From Caldivirga maquilingensis IC-167 (GTDB lineage: Archaea; Thermoproteota; Thermoprotei; Thermoproteales; Thermocladiaceae): a DNA stretch of 32,000 nt. A program made the translations under genes and the position numbers. Below are positions 7,905 through 17,264 of this stretch, one piece after another; the first letter of the stretch is position 1, and each line of letters starts with the position of its first letter. Under the pieces are notes generated by a model, which worked only from the letters and a program-made list of their open reading frames with translations, ran no database searches and was not told the origin of the DNA. The DNA is taken from the NCBI RefSeq assembly GCF_000018305.1, contig NC_009954.1, positions 810,001-842,000 of the forward strand, written 5' to 3'.

Positions 7905-8843
7905 CTACCTCAGCTTAATTCTACCACTTAATAGTTTACTAGCCTCCTCAGCTAAATTCTTATCCCACTCCTCATAATCATGGTATCCAATGAGTTGGTA
8001 AACATCCTCCCTACTCATCATATCGTTAATTAAGCTTAATTGACTACCCTCATTCTTAAGGGTAATTAACGCCCTTTTAATAGCACCCATAGCGTACCTG
8101 AATGTTGTTACAGGGAATATAACTATCTTATAACCCATTTCCTCAAACTCCTTCGCAGTAATGTACGGTGTCTTTCCAAACTCAGTCATATTAGCAAGCA
8201 GTGGTGCCTTAACCCTCCTGGCGAACTCCATGAACTCCTCCTTACTGTGGAGTGCCTCAGGGAATATTGCATCAGCGCCAGCTTCAAGGTAAACCTTAGC
8301 CCTCTCCACTGCTGAATCAAAGCCCTCAACATCCCTAGCATCAGTCCTAGCTATTATAATGAAGTTATCATCCCTCCTAGCCTCAACTGCAGCCTTAATC
8401 TTCTTAACCATTTCATCAATGGGTATAACCCTCTTACCTGCTAAGTGCCCGCACTTCTTAGGCATTTCCTGATCCTCAATATGAACTGCGGATACGCCAA
8501 CATCCTCAAGCTCCCTAATGGTCCTTGCAACATTTAATGCCTCCCCAAAGCCTGTGTCAATATCAACGATAAGGGGTATGCTTACTGCATTTGTAAAGAA
8601 CCTCAGGTAGTATGATAATTCACTAAGCGTGAAGACGCCTAGATCAGGTAAACCAAGCATATTGGAGTACGCGGCGCCACTGAAGTAAACAGCCTCAAAC
8701 CCCAATTCCTCAGCTAACATTGCTGCAGCTGGAATGAAAACACCAGGAGCCACTATTATACCATCCTTACCCAGTCTCTCCCTAAACCTCCCCCTAATCT
8801 CACTTGGCTTAGGCTTACCCTTATCAAGTAGTACAGGTTTCAT
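7905..8843 (-). CDS. Isocitrate lyase/PEP mutase superfamily enzyme (methylisocitrate lyase / carboxyvinyl-carboxyphosphonate phosphorylmutase-like)
   Basis: Catalytic loop EDQEMPKKCGHLAGK (the K-[KR]-C-G-H signature), DIDTGFG metal-binding segment, IIARTDA. Confidence 0.85.
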   Translation of the reverse strand: MKPVLLDKGKPKPSEIRGRFRERLGKDGIIVAPGVFIPAAAMLAEELGFEAVYFSGAAYSNMLGLPDLGVFTLSELSYYLRFFTNAVSIPLIVDIDTGFGEALNVARTIRELEDVGVSAVHIEDQEMPKKCGHLAGKRVIPIDEMVKKIKAAVEARRDDNFIIIARTDARDVEGFDSAVERAKVYLEAGADAIFPEALHSKEEFMEFARRVKAPLLANMTEFGKTPYITAKEFEEMGYKIVIFPVTTFRYAMGAIKRALITLKNEGSQLSLINDMMSREDVYQLIGYHDYEEWDKNLAEEASKLLSGRIKLR

Positions 8844-8969
8844 GATTTAAGCCTAGATTAAGGGATTAAAGTAGTTTCACGTTAGGATTCAGGGAAGTGA
8901 AGAATATGCAAACCAGACCCTCAGGTTCTTAGAGGGCTTTAAGTATGCTTTTAAATTAAGGTAATTGAC

Positions 8970-9077
8970 TCATGAACCCTGCTTATTGGCACTACTTGCA
9001 GCCCTCTGTTTCGACTCAATCCTCCTCTGCTCCTCCTCTGTGGTTAGGAATAGGCTAGTCTTCTGTCTGCCACCCAT
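8970..9077 (-). CDS. Candidate small ORF, 35 aa (MGGRQKTSLFLTTEEEQRRIESKQRAASSANKQGS)
   Basis: Below the 60-aa cutoff of the track. ATG at 9077, TGA at 8972..8970. TATA box (rc of 9101..9108 = TTTAAATA) centred about 27 nt upstream, the same geometry as verified genes here. The region is visibly more GC-rich than the flanking intergenic DNA. No homolog recognised. Confidence 0.25.
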   Translation of the reverse strand: MGGRQKTSLFLTTEEEQRRIESKQRAASSANKQGS

Positions 9078-9163
9078 ACTTTACACGTTTAGGTAAACCC
9101 TATTTAAACCTTAAGCGTAGTCACTGTTAAAACTTAGCGTAGCCCCGTAACCATTGATTAACC

Positions 9164-10387
9164 ATGATTTCGGTGAGGTATTTTAATAATGGTGAATTAA
9201 CTAGGATTAAGCTAAAGATACGTGGCTCAACGATTATTGAGCTACCTGATAATGTGATCGCAATCCCAGCCTTCGCCGATATGCATGTTCACCTTAGGGA
9301 CTGGGGTGAGAGCCATAAGGAGGACTTAAACTCAGGTTCAAGAGCAGCCCTAGCCGGTGGCGTGGCTACCGTGGGAGATATGCCCAACACTAAGCCTCCA
9401 ATACGTAACCCCGACTTAGCCCTTAAGAGAATTAGGGAGGCTTCAAGCCTTAAAATAACCTATAAGCTACATGGCGGCGTCCCAACTGACCTCAGTCTAC
9501 TGAAGGATTACGTAAGCCTTGGTATTAAGAGCATTAAGGTGTATCCTGAGGATTACGGGTTAATTGAGGAGATAATTAAGGCCGCCGCGGTTAACAATAT
9601 GACTGTTATTATTCACTGTGAGGACCCCTCATTATTCAGGAACCTTAAGGGTAATGACTCAAGAATACATAGTGTCAATAGGCCCCTTGATGCAGAATTC
9701 TCATGTGCCTTAAGGGTGACTCAACTTGCCTTAATCCATGGTGCAAGGATTCATTTAACCCACGTAACAGACCCAAGGGTAATTGACTTAGCAAGGTTAA
9801 GTAATAGGATTACGATTGATGCTACCATGCATCACCTACTGCTGGATGAGGATTCATGCATTGAGAACGTTAATGACCCATTCTACTGCAAGGTTAATCC
9901 ACCTTTAAGGAGTAAGTCAATTAGATTTGAATTACTGAGGAGGTTAATTGATGGTTCAATAAGCATTATTGCAAGCGACCACGCACCGCACACCATCAGC
10001 GAGAAGTTCCATAACAACTACGATGACACATCCCCAGGATTCCCAGGCTTAGAGACAACGGGCCTTCTTCTACTTGACCTATGGAGGAGGGGATTGGTAG
10101 ACTTAGGTAAGGTTATTAATGCGTATTCGATTAACCCACTTAAGGTGCTTGATGTAAGTAATGATGCGCAATTACTCATTGACACTAAGTCAAGCACAGT
10201 AATAGACCCAGACTTATTCATGAGTAAGGCTAAGCACAGTCCATTCTCAGGCTGGGTCACCATGGTTAGGTTAATTGGGTTAATTAAGGGAGGGGAATTG
10301 CTCATGGTGGATTCGGATTATGAAAAAATCTTCACTGGTATCATTAGTGAGAATACCTTAATTAAATTAAGTAAAGTAATTAAGTAG
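9164..10387 (+). CDS. pyrC: Dihydroorotase
   Basis: FADMHVHLRDWG...KEDLNSGSRAALAGGVATVGDMPNTKPP, IIHCED, HLTHV, ASDHAPH: the full set of amidohydrolase/DHOase metal-ligand motifs. Confidence 0.85.
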   Translation: MISVRYFNNGELTRIKLKIRGSTIIELPDNVIAIPAFADMHVHLRDWGESHKEDLNSGSRAALAGGVATVGDMPNTKPPIRNPDLALKRIREASSLKITYKLHGGVPTDLSLLKDYVSLGIKSIKVYPEDYGLIEEIIKAAAVNNMTVIIHCEDPSLFRNLKGNDSRIHSVNRPLDAEFSCALRVTQLALIHGARIHLTHVTDPRVIDLARLSNRITIDATMHHLLLDEDSCIENVNDPFYCKVNPPLRSKSIRFELLRRLIDGSISIIASDHAPHTISEKFHNNYDDTSPGFPGLETTGLLLLDLWRRGLVDLGKVINAYSINPLKVLDVSNDAQLLIDTKSSTVIDPDLFMSKAKHSPFSGWVTMVRLIGLIKGGELLMVDSDYEKIFTGIISENTLIKLSKVIK

Positions 10388-10467
10388 TATTAATCTATTG
10401 CTAATTAACCTAAGCACCCTAGTGTAGCGAGTAAGCGTTATTAAGACTAGCTTACAACGAGTATTGA

Positions 10468-11415
<948 letters not shown>

Positions 11416-11693
11416 CCTTAAGTATTAATTTATTAAAGCCTTAGAATTAATCCAGGAAATTGTGAGCTTTGGTTCAGTGATTGTGGATTACTTAAGTAAG
11501 CTGAATTAATACTAACACGTTTGCATGGGGACTAAGAATTTTATGGGTAAGGCCTTTAATCACTACAGGGTTTGAGAAGGGTTAATTGGATTATAGCCAC
11601 TATACTTATCTCCAGGATGAAGAATGCATCATTAATTGGGGGATTCTATAGAGGACAGTGTATATACCGTTATGTTAATCCGAGTTAGCAATT

Positions 11694-12401
11694 TCATTTA
11701 CCGAATTTCCTCTCAACGCTTGCATAATACCTTAGGGCCTCTTGGAAGTCCTCTCTACTGAAGTCAGGCCAATATTTATCAAGGAAGTATAATTCGGCGT
11801 AAATGGATTCCAGCGGAAAGAAGTTACTTAGCCTCCTCTCGCCTCCGGTTCTGATAACTAGGTCTATGAATGGGTTAGGTAGGAAGCTGGTTGGTAGTAG
11901 TTTAATTAATTCATCATCATTAATTAACCTGCCAATCTTAGTGATGGCTGTATTAACTAAGTCCACGATGGATTGGTAACCACCATAAACCACCGCTAGG
12001 TTGAGGAAGTGGGAATTATACATCTCGGTGGCGTTCATGGTCTTAATAGCCTCATCAACGACGTATGGCGGTAGGTTCCTCCACCTACCTATTAAGGTAA
12101 CCTTAACTTTATTACCATGTATCCTAGGATCCTCCCTAGCCTTCTTAAGCTTCCTAATGAGTAACTCGTATAGAATCCTCTTCTCCATCTCGCTCCTATT
12201 CATGAAATTCTCATAGGATAGAATATATACGGTGACTGCCTGCACATTATTATCAAGCGCCCATTCTAAAACCTCCTCAACCTTATCCGACCCGATTAAG
12301 TAAGCCGTATATATATCCATGCCATGAGCCATAGCCCACCTTCTATTACCATCTGGAATGATCCCAATATGATTCGGTAAACGCTTAATATTATTAGCCA
12401 T
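11694..12401 (-). CDS. uppS: Di-trans,poly-cis-(undeca)prenyl diphosphate synthase (cis-prenyltransferase)
   Basis: HIGIIPDGNRRWA, SYENFMNRS, IRTGGERRLSNF: UPPS family motifs. Confidence 0.9.
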   Translation of the reverse strand: MANNIKRLPNHIGIIPDGNRRWAMAHGMDIYTAYLIGSDKVEEVLEWALDNNVQAVTVYILSYENFMNRSEMEKRILYELLIRKLKKAREDPRIHGNKVKVTLIGRWRNLPPYVVDEAIKTMNATEMYNSHFLNLAVVYGGYQSIVDLVNTAITKIGRLINDDELIKLLPTSFLPNPFIDLVIRTGGERRLSNFFPLESIYAELYFLDKYWPDFSREDFQEALRYYASVERKFGK

Positions 12402-12635
12402 ATCTGTTGCCCAATATCTGACAGTTCAATTTATAAAAATTACTGTACGATGAAGTTCATGCATTTATCTTTACATATATGTGTATATTATTGAAATGAG
12501 ATTGCAGCTTAATGATACTTTATAAAATGTTGAGTAGACTTTACGCAGAGTAAGGTAATAAACCCTAGCTTAGATTAAAAACACGGCGTCTATGATTAGC
12601 GAAGCATTTATTAACTAGAAGCCAGTTTCTTCATT

Positions 12636-12902
12636 ATGAAGTTTTGCCCTAAGTGCGGAACAGCAATGGTTCCAGTGAAGAAAGGGAATGCAACATACTT
12701 AAAGTGCCCTAAATGTGGGTATGAGGAGAAGGTTAATAAGAAGGATAGGAAGTCTTTCGTTGAGAGAAGTGTTGTTGAGGAGGATAAGCGCGTTAAGGTA
12801 CCTATAGTTGAGAATAAGAGTAGCTCGGAGGAGGAGGTTGATGAGGATTACCGTAAGCAGCTCCTAGATAACTTACTGGAAATGGGGGAGGATTTCGATT
12901 AA
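12636..12902 (+). CDS. Zn-ribbon protein resembling the N-terminal ribbon of TFS/RpoM (Rpb9-like), with an acidic C-terminal tail and no C-terminal catalytic ribbon
   Basis: MKFCPKCGTAMVP...YLKCPKCGYEE (CxxC-x17-CxxC) is nearly the TFS N-ribbon consensus. The remainder, SSSEEEVDEDYRKQLLDNLLEMGEDFD, is acidic. TATA-like CATTTATTAAC lies about 25 nt upstream. Confidence 0.6.
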   Translation: MKFCPKCGTAMVPVKKGNATYLKCPKCGYEEKVNKKDRKSFVERSVVEEDKRVKVPIVENKSSSEEEVDEDYRKQLLDNLLEMGEDFD

Positions 12903-13179
12903 CGTAACCTCCATTAATACTAAGCTTCATTACTACGGTAGCAACGTAATATTAATTACTCTGCAAGTTACATTAGTAATTAGCCATATTGCGTAGCAAA
13001 TAAATAGACTATTTCCGGTTAACGGCTTATGCTGATCATCATGTACTCATCATGAGTGTGGTGCCGCTGCTCAAAGTCTATTACCAATTACAGGTTATTG
13101 AGATTCATTGACTGCTAGGTTCACTCCAGTCTACATCTATGAGATTGACGGTAGTTGCAGTGAAGCGTATAATGTATAG

Positions 13180-14133
13180 TTAAATTAACGTATTATTAGG
13201 TATGGGGTATGAGTTTAAACCATACTCAAGCCTCAGATGCCTAGCTAGTTTTTCGCTATGACCGTAAATAGTGTATATTCTCTTCGCTCTCGAGTTAACC
13301 GCAAAGTCAACTAATCCATTGAAGTCACTATGACTACTTAACTGAATGTGAACATGCCTCCTAATCCACCTTCCAGGAGCACCACCTGTTACTAATGCTA
13401 TTACTGAATCATTACTTGGTTGAATCCTGGGAGGCATGTCAGCAACTATGATGTCACCATTACTGGATATTGCCCCCACATTCAATAGTATTCTATTGAG
13501 TGAATACACGTTCTTATCCATTGCCGCATTGAATCCATTACTAATGAGCAGCTTATATAATTCCTGCCCCTTACCAAGTGCAAAACCTGAAAGCACCAAC
13601 CTGAGTCCCTTCCTCACTGTTCTTTCCGCTAAGTCAATTATATTATCATATACATTGTCACGTGGCTCAAAGTGGAAACTTGGATCCCCATAGGTGCTCT
13701 CAATGACTAATATGTCTACGTCGGGGTAGGGTTCAGCCCCCTTGAGTATGATGCTGTCTTCAATATTCATGTCACCGGTTAGTAATACTGAACCAAACTT
13801 GAATTCAATTAAGTACATTAAGCTACCCATTACGTGACCTGCATTTAATGGAACCACACTGAAGTCGTCAAAGACTATTGGCCTATTAGGATACGCAACA
13901 GTTACACCGGCTCCAAGCCTTAACCCCCTGAACTCCCTGAGTATCTTTAAGGTTTCACCGCTCATTATTATCCTTCTAGCCTTAGATATGTGGCTTGTAT
14001 AATGGTCACTATGACCGTGAGTTATCAGTACCGCATCATAGTTATCTATGAATCTACGTGTAGGATCTACGAGTATACTATGGCCGCAGCATGAGACTTC
14101 AATTCCACCAAACCTCCTAATGACGCTAATCAT
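13180..14133 (-). CDS. Metallo-beta-lactamase-fold hydrolase (short beta-CASP-like putative nuclease)
   Basis: ITHGHSDHY (HxHxDH motif), NAGHVMGS, LTGDM, ESTYGD, SSHSDFNGL: an MBL/beta-CASP-like motif series. Confidence 0.8.
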   Translation of the reverse strand: MISVIRRFGGIEVSCCGHSILVDPTRRFIDNYDAVLITHGHSDHYTSHISKARRIIMSGETLKILREFRGLRLGAGVTVAYPNRPIVFDDFSVVPLNAGHVMGSLMYLIEFKFGSVLLTGDMNIEDSIILKGAEPYPDVDILVIESTYGDPSFHFEPRDNVYDNIIDLAERTVRKGLRLVLSGFALGKGQELYKLLISNGFNAAMDKNVYSLNRILLNVGAISSNGDIIVADMPPRIQPSNDSVIALVTGGAPGRWIRRHVHIQLSSHSDFNGLVDFAVNSRAKRIYTIYGHSEKLARHLRLEYGLNSYPIPNNTLI

Positions 14134-14498
14134 CTTAGTTTAGTTAACATTAACCCAATTTAATTACTTTTCCCATTACTAAACCAGGATAAAGCGGTTT
14201 CCCACGGCTGCATTGTCTTTTAAGGGTATGTGTTAGGGTACTTAACCTGGTTTTTAATTCAAGATAATTTTAAGGGCATTAAATTGATAATATGTAAATA
14301 TTATCCTCTTTCTGCAACATGAATTATTATTAACATATGGGAATATCAATGATTATGCATTAAATTTTTCTAGTCTGTATTATAAAAAGAGATTAACCGC
14401 AAGAGGAATAAACTTGAATTTTAATGATTAAATATACCCATAAACCATGCGAATTAAACCAGAATTGCTGAATACACACCATGCGTATTGCAGAAATC

Positions 14499-14506
14499 TA
14501 TAAAAG
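14499..14506 (+). promoter_or_regulatory. TATA box of the small wHTH gene
   Basis: TATAAAAG is centred about 29 nt upstream of the ATG at 14532. Confidence 0.45.
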
Positions 14507-14531
14507 TAACTAACCTAGGTTTAAATGCAAT

Positions 14532-14720
14532 ATGTCGGATGGAATAAAGAAGAAGATATTAGACTACTTAACTCAAAATAAGGGTAAGGAGTTAACTGTT
14601 GAGGATGTGGCTAAGGCTATTGGTGAACAAAGGCTTAATGTAGTGAAGGCGCAGTTAACTAGGTTAGCTAAGGAGGGTAGGGTTCAGAAGGTTGCTGAAG
14701 GTAAGTACAAGGTTCCATAA
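14532..14720 (+). CDS. Small winged-helix DNA-binding protein (62 aa)
   Basis: ILDYLTQNKGKELTVEDVAKAIGEQRLNVVKAQLTRLAKEGRVQKVAEGKYKV has the helix-turn-helix + beta-wing pattern of MarR/S25e-like wHTH domains. It has its own TATA box and highly T/G-ending codon usage. Confidence 0.6.
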   Translation: MSDGIKKKILDYLTQNKGKELTVEDVAKAIGEQRLNVVKAQLTRLAKEGRVQKVAEGKYKVP

Positions 14721-14766
14721 AAGCATTAATGGTATTTTGATAAATTAAACCCATATGTATTTTTAG

Positions 14767-15123
14767 TTACTGATTAATTAAACCAAGTTTCTTAGCCCTA
14801 TCAACAGGAGTATAAACATTCATTCTATGGCTCCTTGACACCAATACTAATTCACCCCTCTTCACTAAATCATTAAGCACCCTTGATGCAGCCCCCATTT
14901 TAAGCCCATACTTCGAGGATATTAGGTATGTTGTTACGTATTCCATCTTCTGAACATCCTTAGCTATCTGGTCATATAATTCAGCGGGTACTGTGGCTAC
15001 AATCTTCTTAACAGGCTCCTCAGCAGCCTTACCCTTCCCCTTACCCTTCTTCTCAGTCTGCTCCTTTTCCTTGCTCTCCTTTTTAGCTAATTGTGAAATA
15101 GTAGGCTTCTTCTTACCTCCCAT
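14767..15123 (-). CDS. rps25e: 30S ribosomal protein S25e
   Basis: Lys-rich N-terminus MGGKKKPTISQLAKKESKEKE...GKGKGK, followed by a wHTH domain (YLISSKYGLKMGAASRVLNDLVKRGELVLV). TATA box TTTATAAA at 15146..15153 is centred about 26 nt upstream. Confidence 0.85.
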   Translation of the reverse strand: MGGKKKPTISQLAKKESKEKEQTEKKGKGKGKAAEEPVKKIVATVPAELYDQIAKDVQKMEYVTTYLISSKYGLKMGAASRVLNDLVKRGELVLVSRSHRMNVYTPVDRAKKLGLINQ

Positions 15124-15363
15124 ACTTAAGTTGATGGGATTAGGCTTTATAAACTTAATGGGAGTTAAGGAGGCGTAAAGACTAACCTCTATGAAGAGGC
15201 AGATAACCCTCTTTGCAGCAGTGTTTAGGAACTCAGCATATTTTTCTATATCCGCCGTGGAGTTTGCCCGTTAGGTTTCATTCAATACCAGTCTTACACA
15301 GTCTTGGTGTTTCATTAGTTCATGAACATAGGTTAATTAAGGGCACTGGTTACGGTTAATTTA

Positions 15364-16089
15364 ATGCTTCTGGCGGTTTCCTCGCCTTCAACAGAGGCGC
15401 ATGTAGCCTCAGTGAGTAGGGTTGTTTCAGCATTACTGGTTAAGGGTGGGTTTGAGAATGTAGCTATTCCAATACCTAAGGAATTATTAACAATAGTGAT
15501 TAAATTAACGTTATCATCAGGTAAAGGAGCTGCAGTTGAATTCCTAAGAGGGAGTTTAGGTAATGCTTGGTTGGTTACTCATTCACCATTAATAGATTTA
15601 ATAATGATGCTGTACAAGGAGTACCCGTGGGTGAACTTGATTTCAAGCGGTCCAAGTCTAAATGATCAGAGGAGGATAAGTAAGATTGCGGTGGATATGG
15701 TTACCTTAACGGCTAAGTCAGCTTTAACCGGGATTAAGATTGATGATTGGGTTAAGTTACATAGACAGGCTGTTGAAACCCTTGATAAGCCTAGAACCTA
15801 CCCACCCAACTCAATTGTAGTTTCAATAGGGTATGTTAATCATCTTAAGGTGAGGAATATAGCTGATGATGTTGTAGTGGTTAGTGAGCTTAAACCAACT
15901 CCAACCGAATTATTCTACATATATAGGGGTAATTACGATGATAGGTTTAGGGATATTGTTAAGTGGGTTATAAGGTACTTGAGTGATATAGTACCATCAT
16001 CAAGAAACCTAACGGAGGCCTACATAACCATAACACGCAATAGGGAGTACCTTAGTTTTGTAAGCTCAATAACCCCCTCATCTCATTAA
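15364..16089 (+). CDS. Hypothetical protein (241 aa), no recognisable domain
   Basis: Long ORF with coding-like composition. An AT-rich box, GGTTAATTAAGG, lies about 29 nt upstream. No motif recognised. Confidence 0.55.
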   Translation: MLLAVSSPSTEAHVASVSRVVSALLVKGGFENVAIPIPKELLTIVIKLTLSSGKGAAVEFLRGSLGNAWLVTHSPLIDLIMMLYKEYPWVNLISSGPSLNDQRRISKIAVDMVTLTAKSALTGIKIDDWVKLHRQAVETLDKPRTYPPNSIVVSIGYVNHLKVRNIADDVVVVSELKPTPTELFYIYRGNYDDRFRDIVKWVIRYLSDIVPSSRNLTEAYITITRNREYLSFVSSITPSSH

Positions 16090-16310
16090 TGTTCCATGCC
16101 TTATGATACTTGCGCTTCATTAATAATTCATAAGCATTAATTCACCTTTCATAGTACATAGTATGAATTATTATTGGATATTATTAGTAAAGTAATGAGG
16201 CTAAGTAAACTATTAATGAATTGTATATAGATTACTTACCAGTAAGACTCATTTAAGACTGGGTAACGCTTAAAAATATAGTTAAGCAACCCCCATATGG
16301 ATAGGCAGGA

Positions 16311-17264
16311 ATGGGTCGGGAATCCGGAATCCAATATAGGGCATTGATAACGGACAAGATTGATGAACGCCTCATAAATAAGTTAAGTGAAATGGGCGTG
16401 GCAGTTGATTATAAACCTGGTATACAACATGAGGAACTCCTCAAGATTGTTGAGAACTATGATATATTAGTGGTTAGGAGTAGAACTAAGGTTACAAGGG
16501 AGGTTATAGATAGGGGTGCATCATTAAAGATTATTGCCAGGGCTGGTGTTGGATTAGATAATATTGATGTTGATTACGCGCTTAAGAGGGGGTTAACTAT
16601 AGTTAACTCACCTAATGCAGCTACTTACTCAGCCGCTGAATTAACATTATCATTAATGCTAATTATATCGAGGAACCTTCACCTTCACTTAATTGATGTT
16701 AAGAACGGTAAGTGGAGTAAGGGTCTTTACCATGGAATCGAGCTTAGGGGTAAGACACTTGGTGTAGTTGGCTTCGGTAGAATAGGTAGGGCAGTTGCTA
16801 ATTACGCTAAGGCATTGGGTATGAGAATACTTGCCACTGATGTAGTGGATATATCAAGGTACGCGGAGGAGCTTGGTGCAAGTGTAGTTAGCCTTACTGA
16901 GCTCCTTTCACGTAGTGACGTGGTTACACTTCATGTTGCGTTAAATAAGGAAACATACCACATGCTTAATGATGATAGACTTAAGTTAATTAAGGATAAC
17001 GCCATCATAGTTAATACAAGTAGAGGTGAAGTTATAGACACTAAGGCTCTTCTCAATCACTTAGATAGACTATGGGGTGTTGGCCTTGATGTACTTGAAC
17101 ATGAACCACCTAGGGAGGACTGGGAAATCAAGCTTATTCAGCACCCAAAGGTAGTGGTAACACCGCATATAGGTGCGGAAACCATTGATGCCCAGGGAAG
17201 GATTGTTGATGAATTAGTCTTTAATATTCAGGAGGCCTTGGAGAGGGTGAGGAACCATGGTTAA
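16311..17264 (+). CDS. D-isomer-specific 2-hydroxyacid dehydrogenase (short D-3-phosphoglycerate dehydrogenase / glyoxylate reductase-like, no ACT domain)
   Basis: NAD-binding GKTLGVVGFGRIGRAV, NTSRGEVID, DVLEHEP, TPHIGA: family motifs. Confidence 0.85.
   Translation: MGRESGIQYRALITDKIDERLINKLSEMGVAVDYKPGIQHEELLKIVENYDILVVRSRTKVTREVIDRGASLKIIARAGVGLDNIDVDYALKRGLTIVNSPNAATYSAAELTLSLMLIISRNLHLHLIDVKNGKWSKGLYHGIELRGKTLGVVGFGRIGRAVANYAKALGMRILATDVVDISRYAEELGASVVSLTELLSRSDVVTLHVALNKETYHMLNDDRLKLIKDNAIIVNTSRGEVIDTKALLNHLDRLWGVGLDVLEHEPPREDWEIKLIQHPKVVVTPHIGAETIDAQGRIVDELVFNIQEALERVRNHG

Noticed and set aside
13036-13062. Twin AUGAUGA boxes on the minus strand (rc of CATCATGTACTCATCATGAG) in the 277-nt convergent spacer: possible C and C' boxes
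   Set aside because: The two boxes are only 4 nt apart. No CUGA D box follows at guide-length spacing on that strand. The region is not GC-enriched.
15191-15274. 27-codon + strand ORF (MKRQITLFAAVFRNSAYFSISAVEFAR) in the rps25e upstream spacer
   Set aside because: Very short. The only GGAGG is 19 nt upstream, which is too far. There is no TATA box at the leaderless distance and nothing recognisable. It is mentioned only as context in the ORFan finding.
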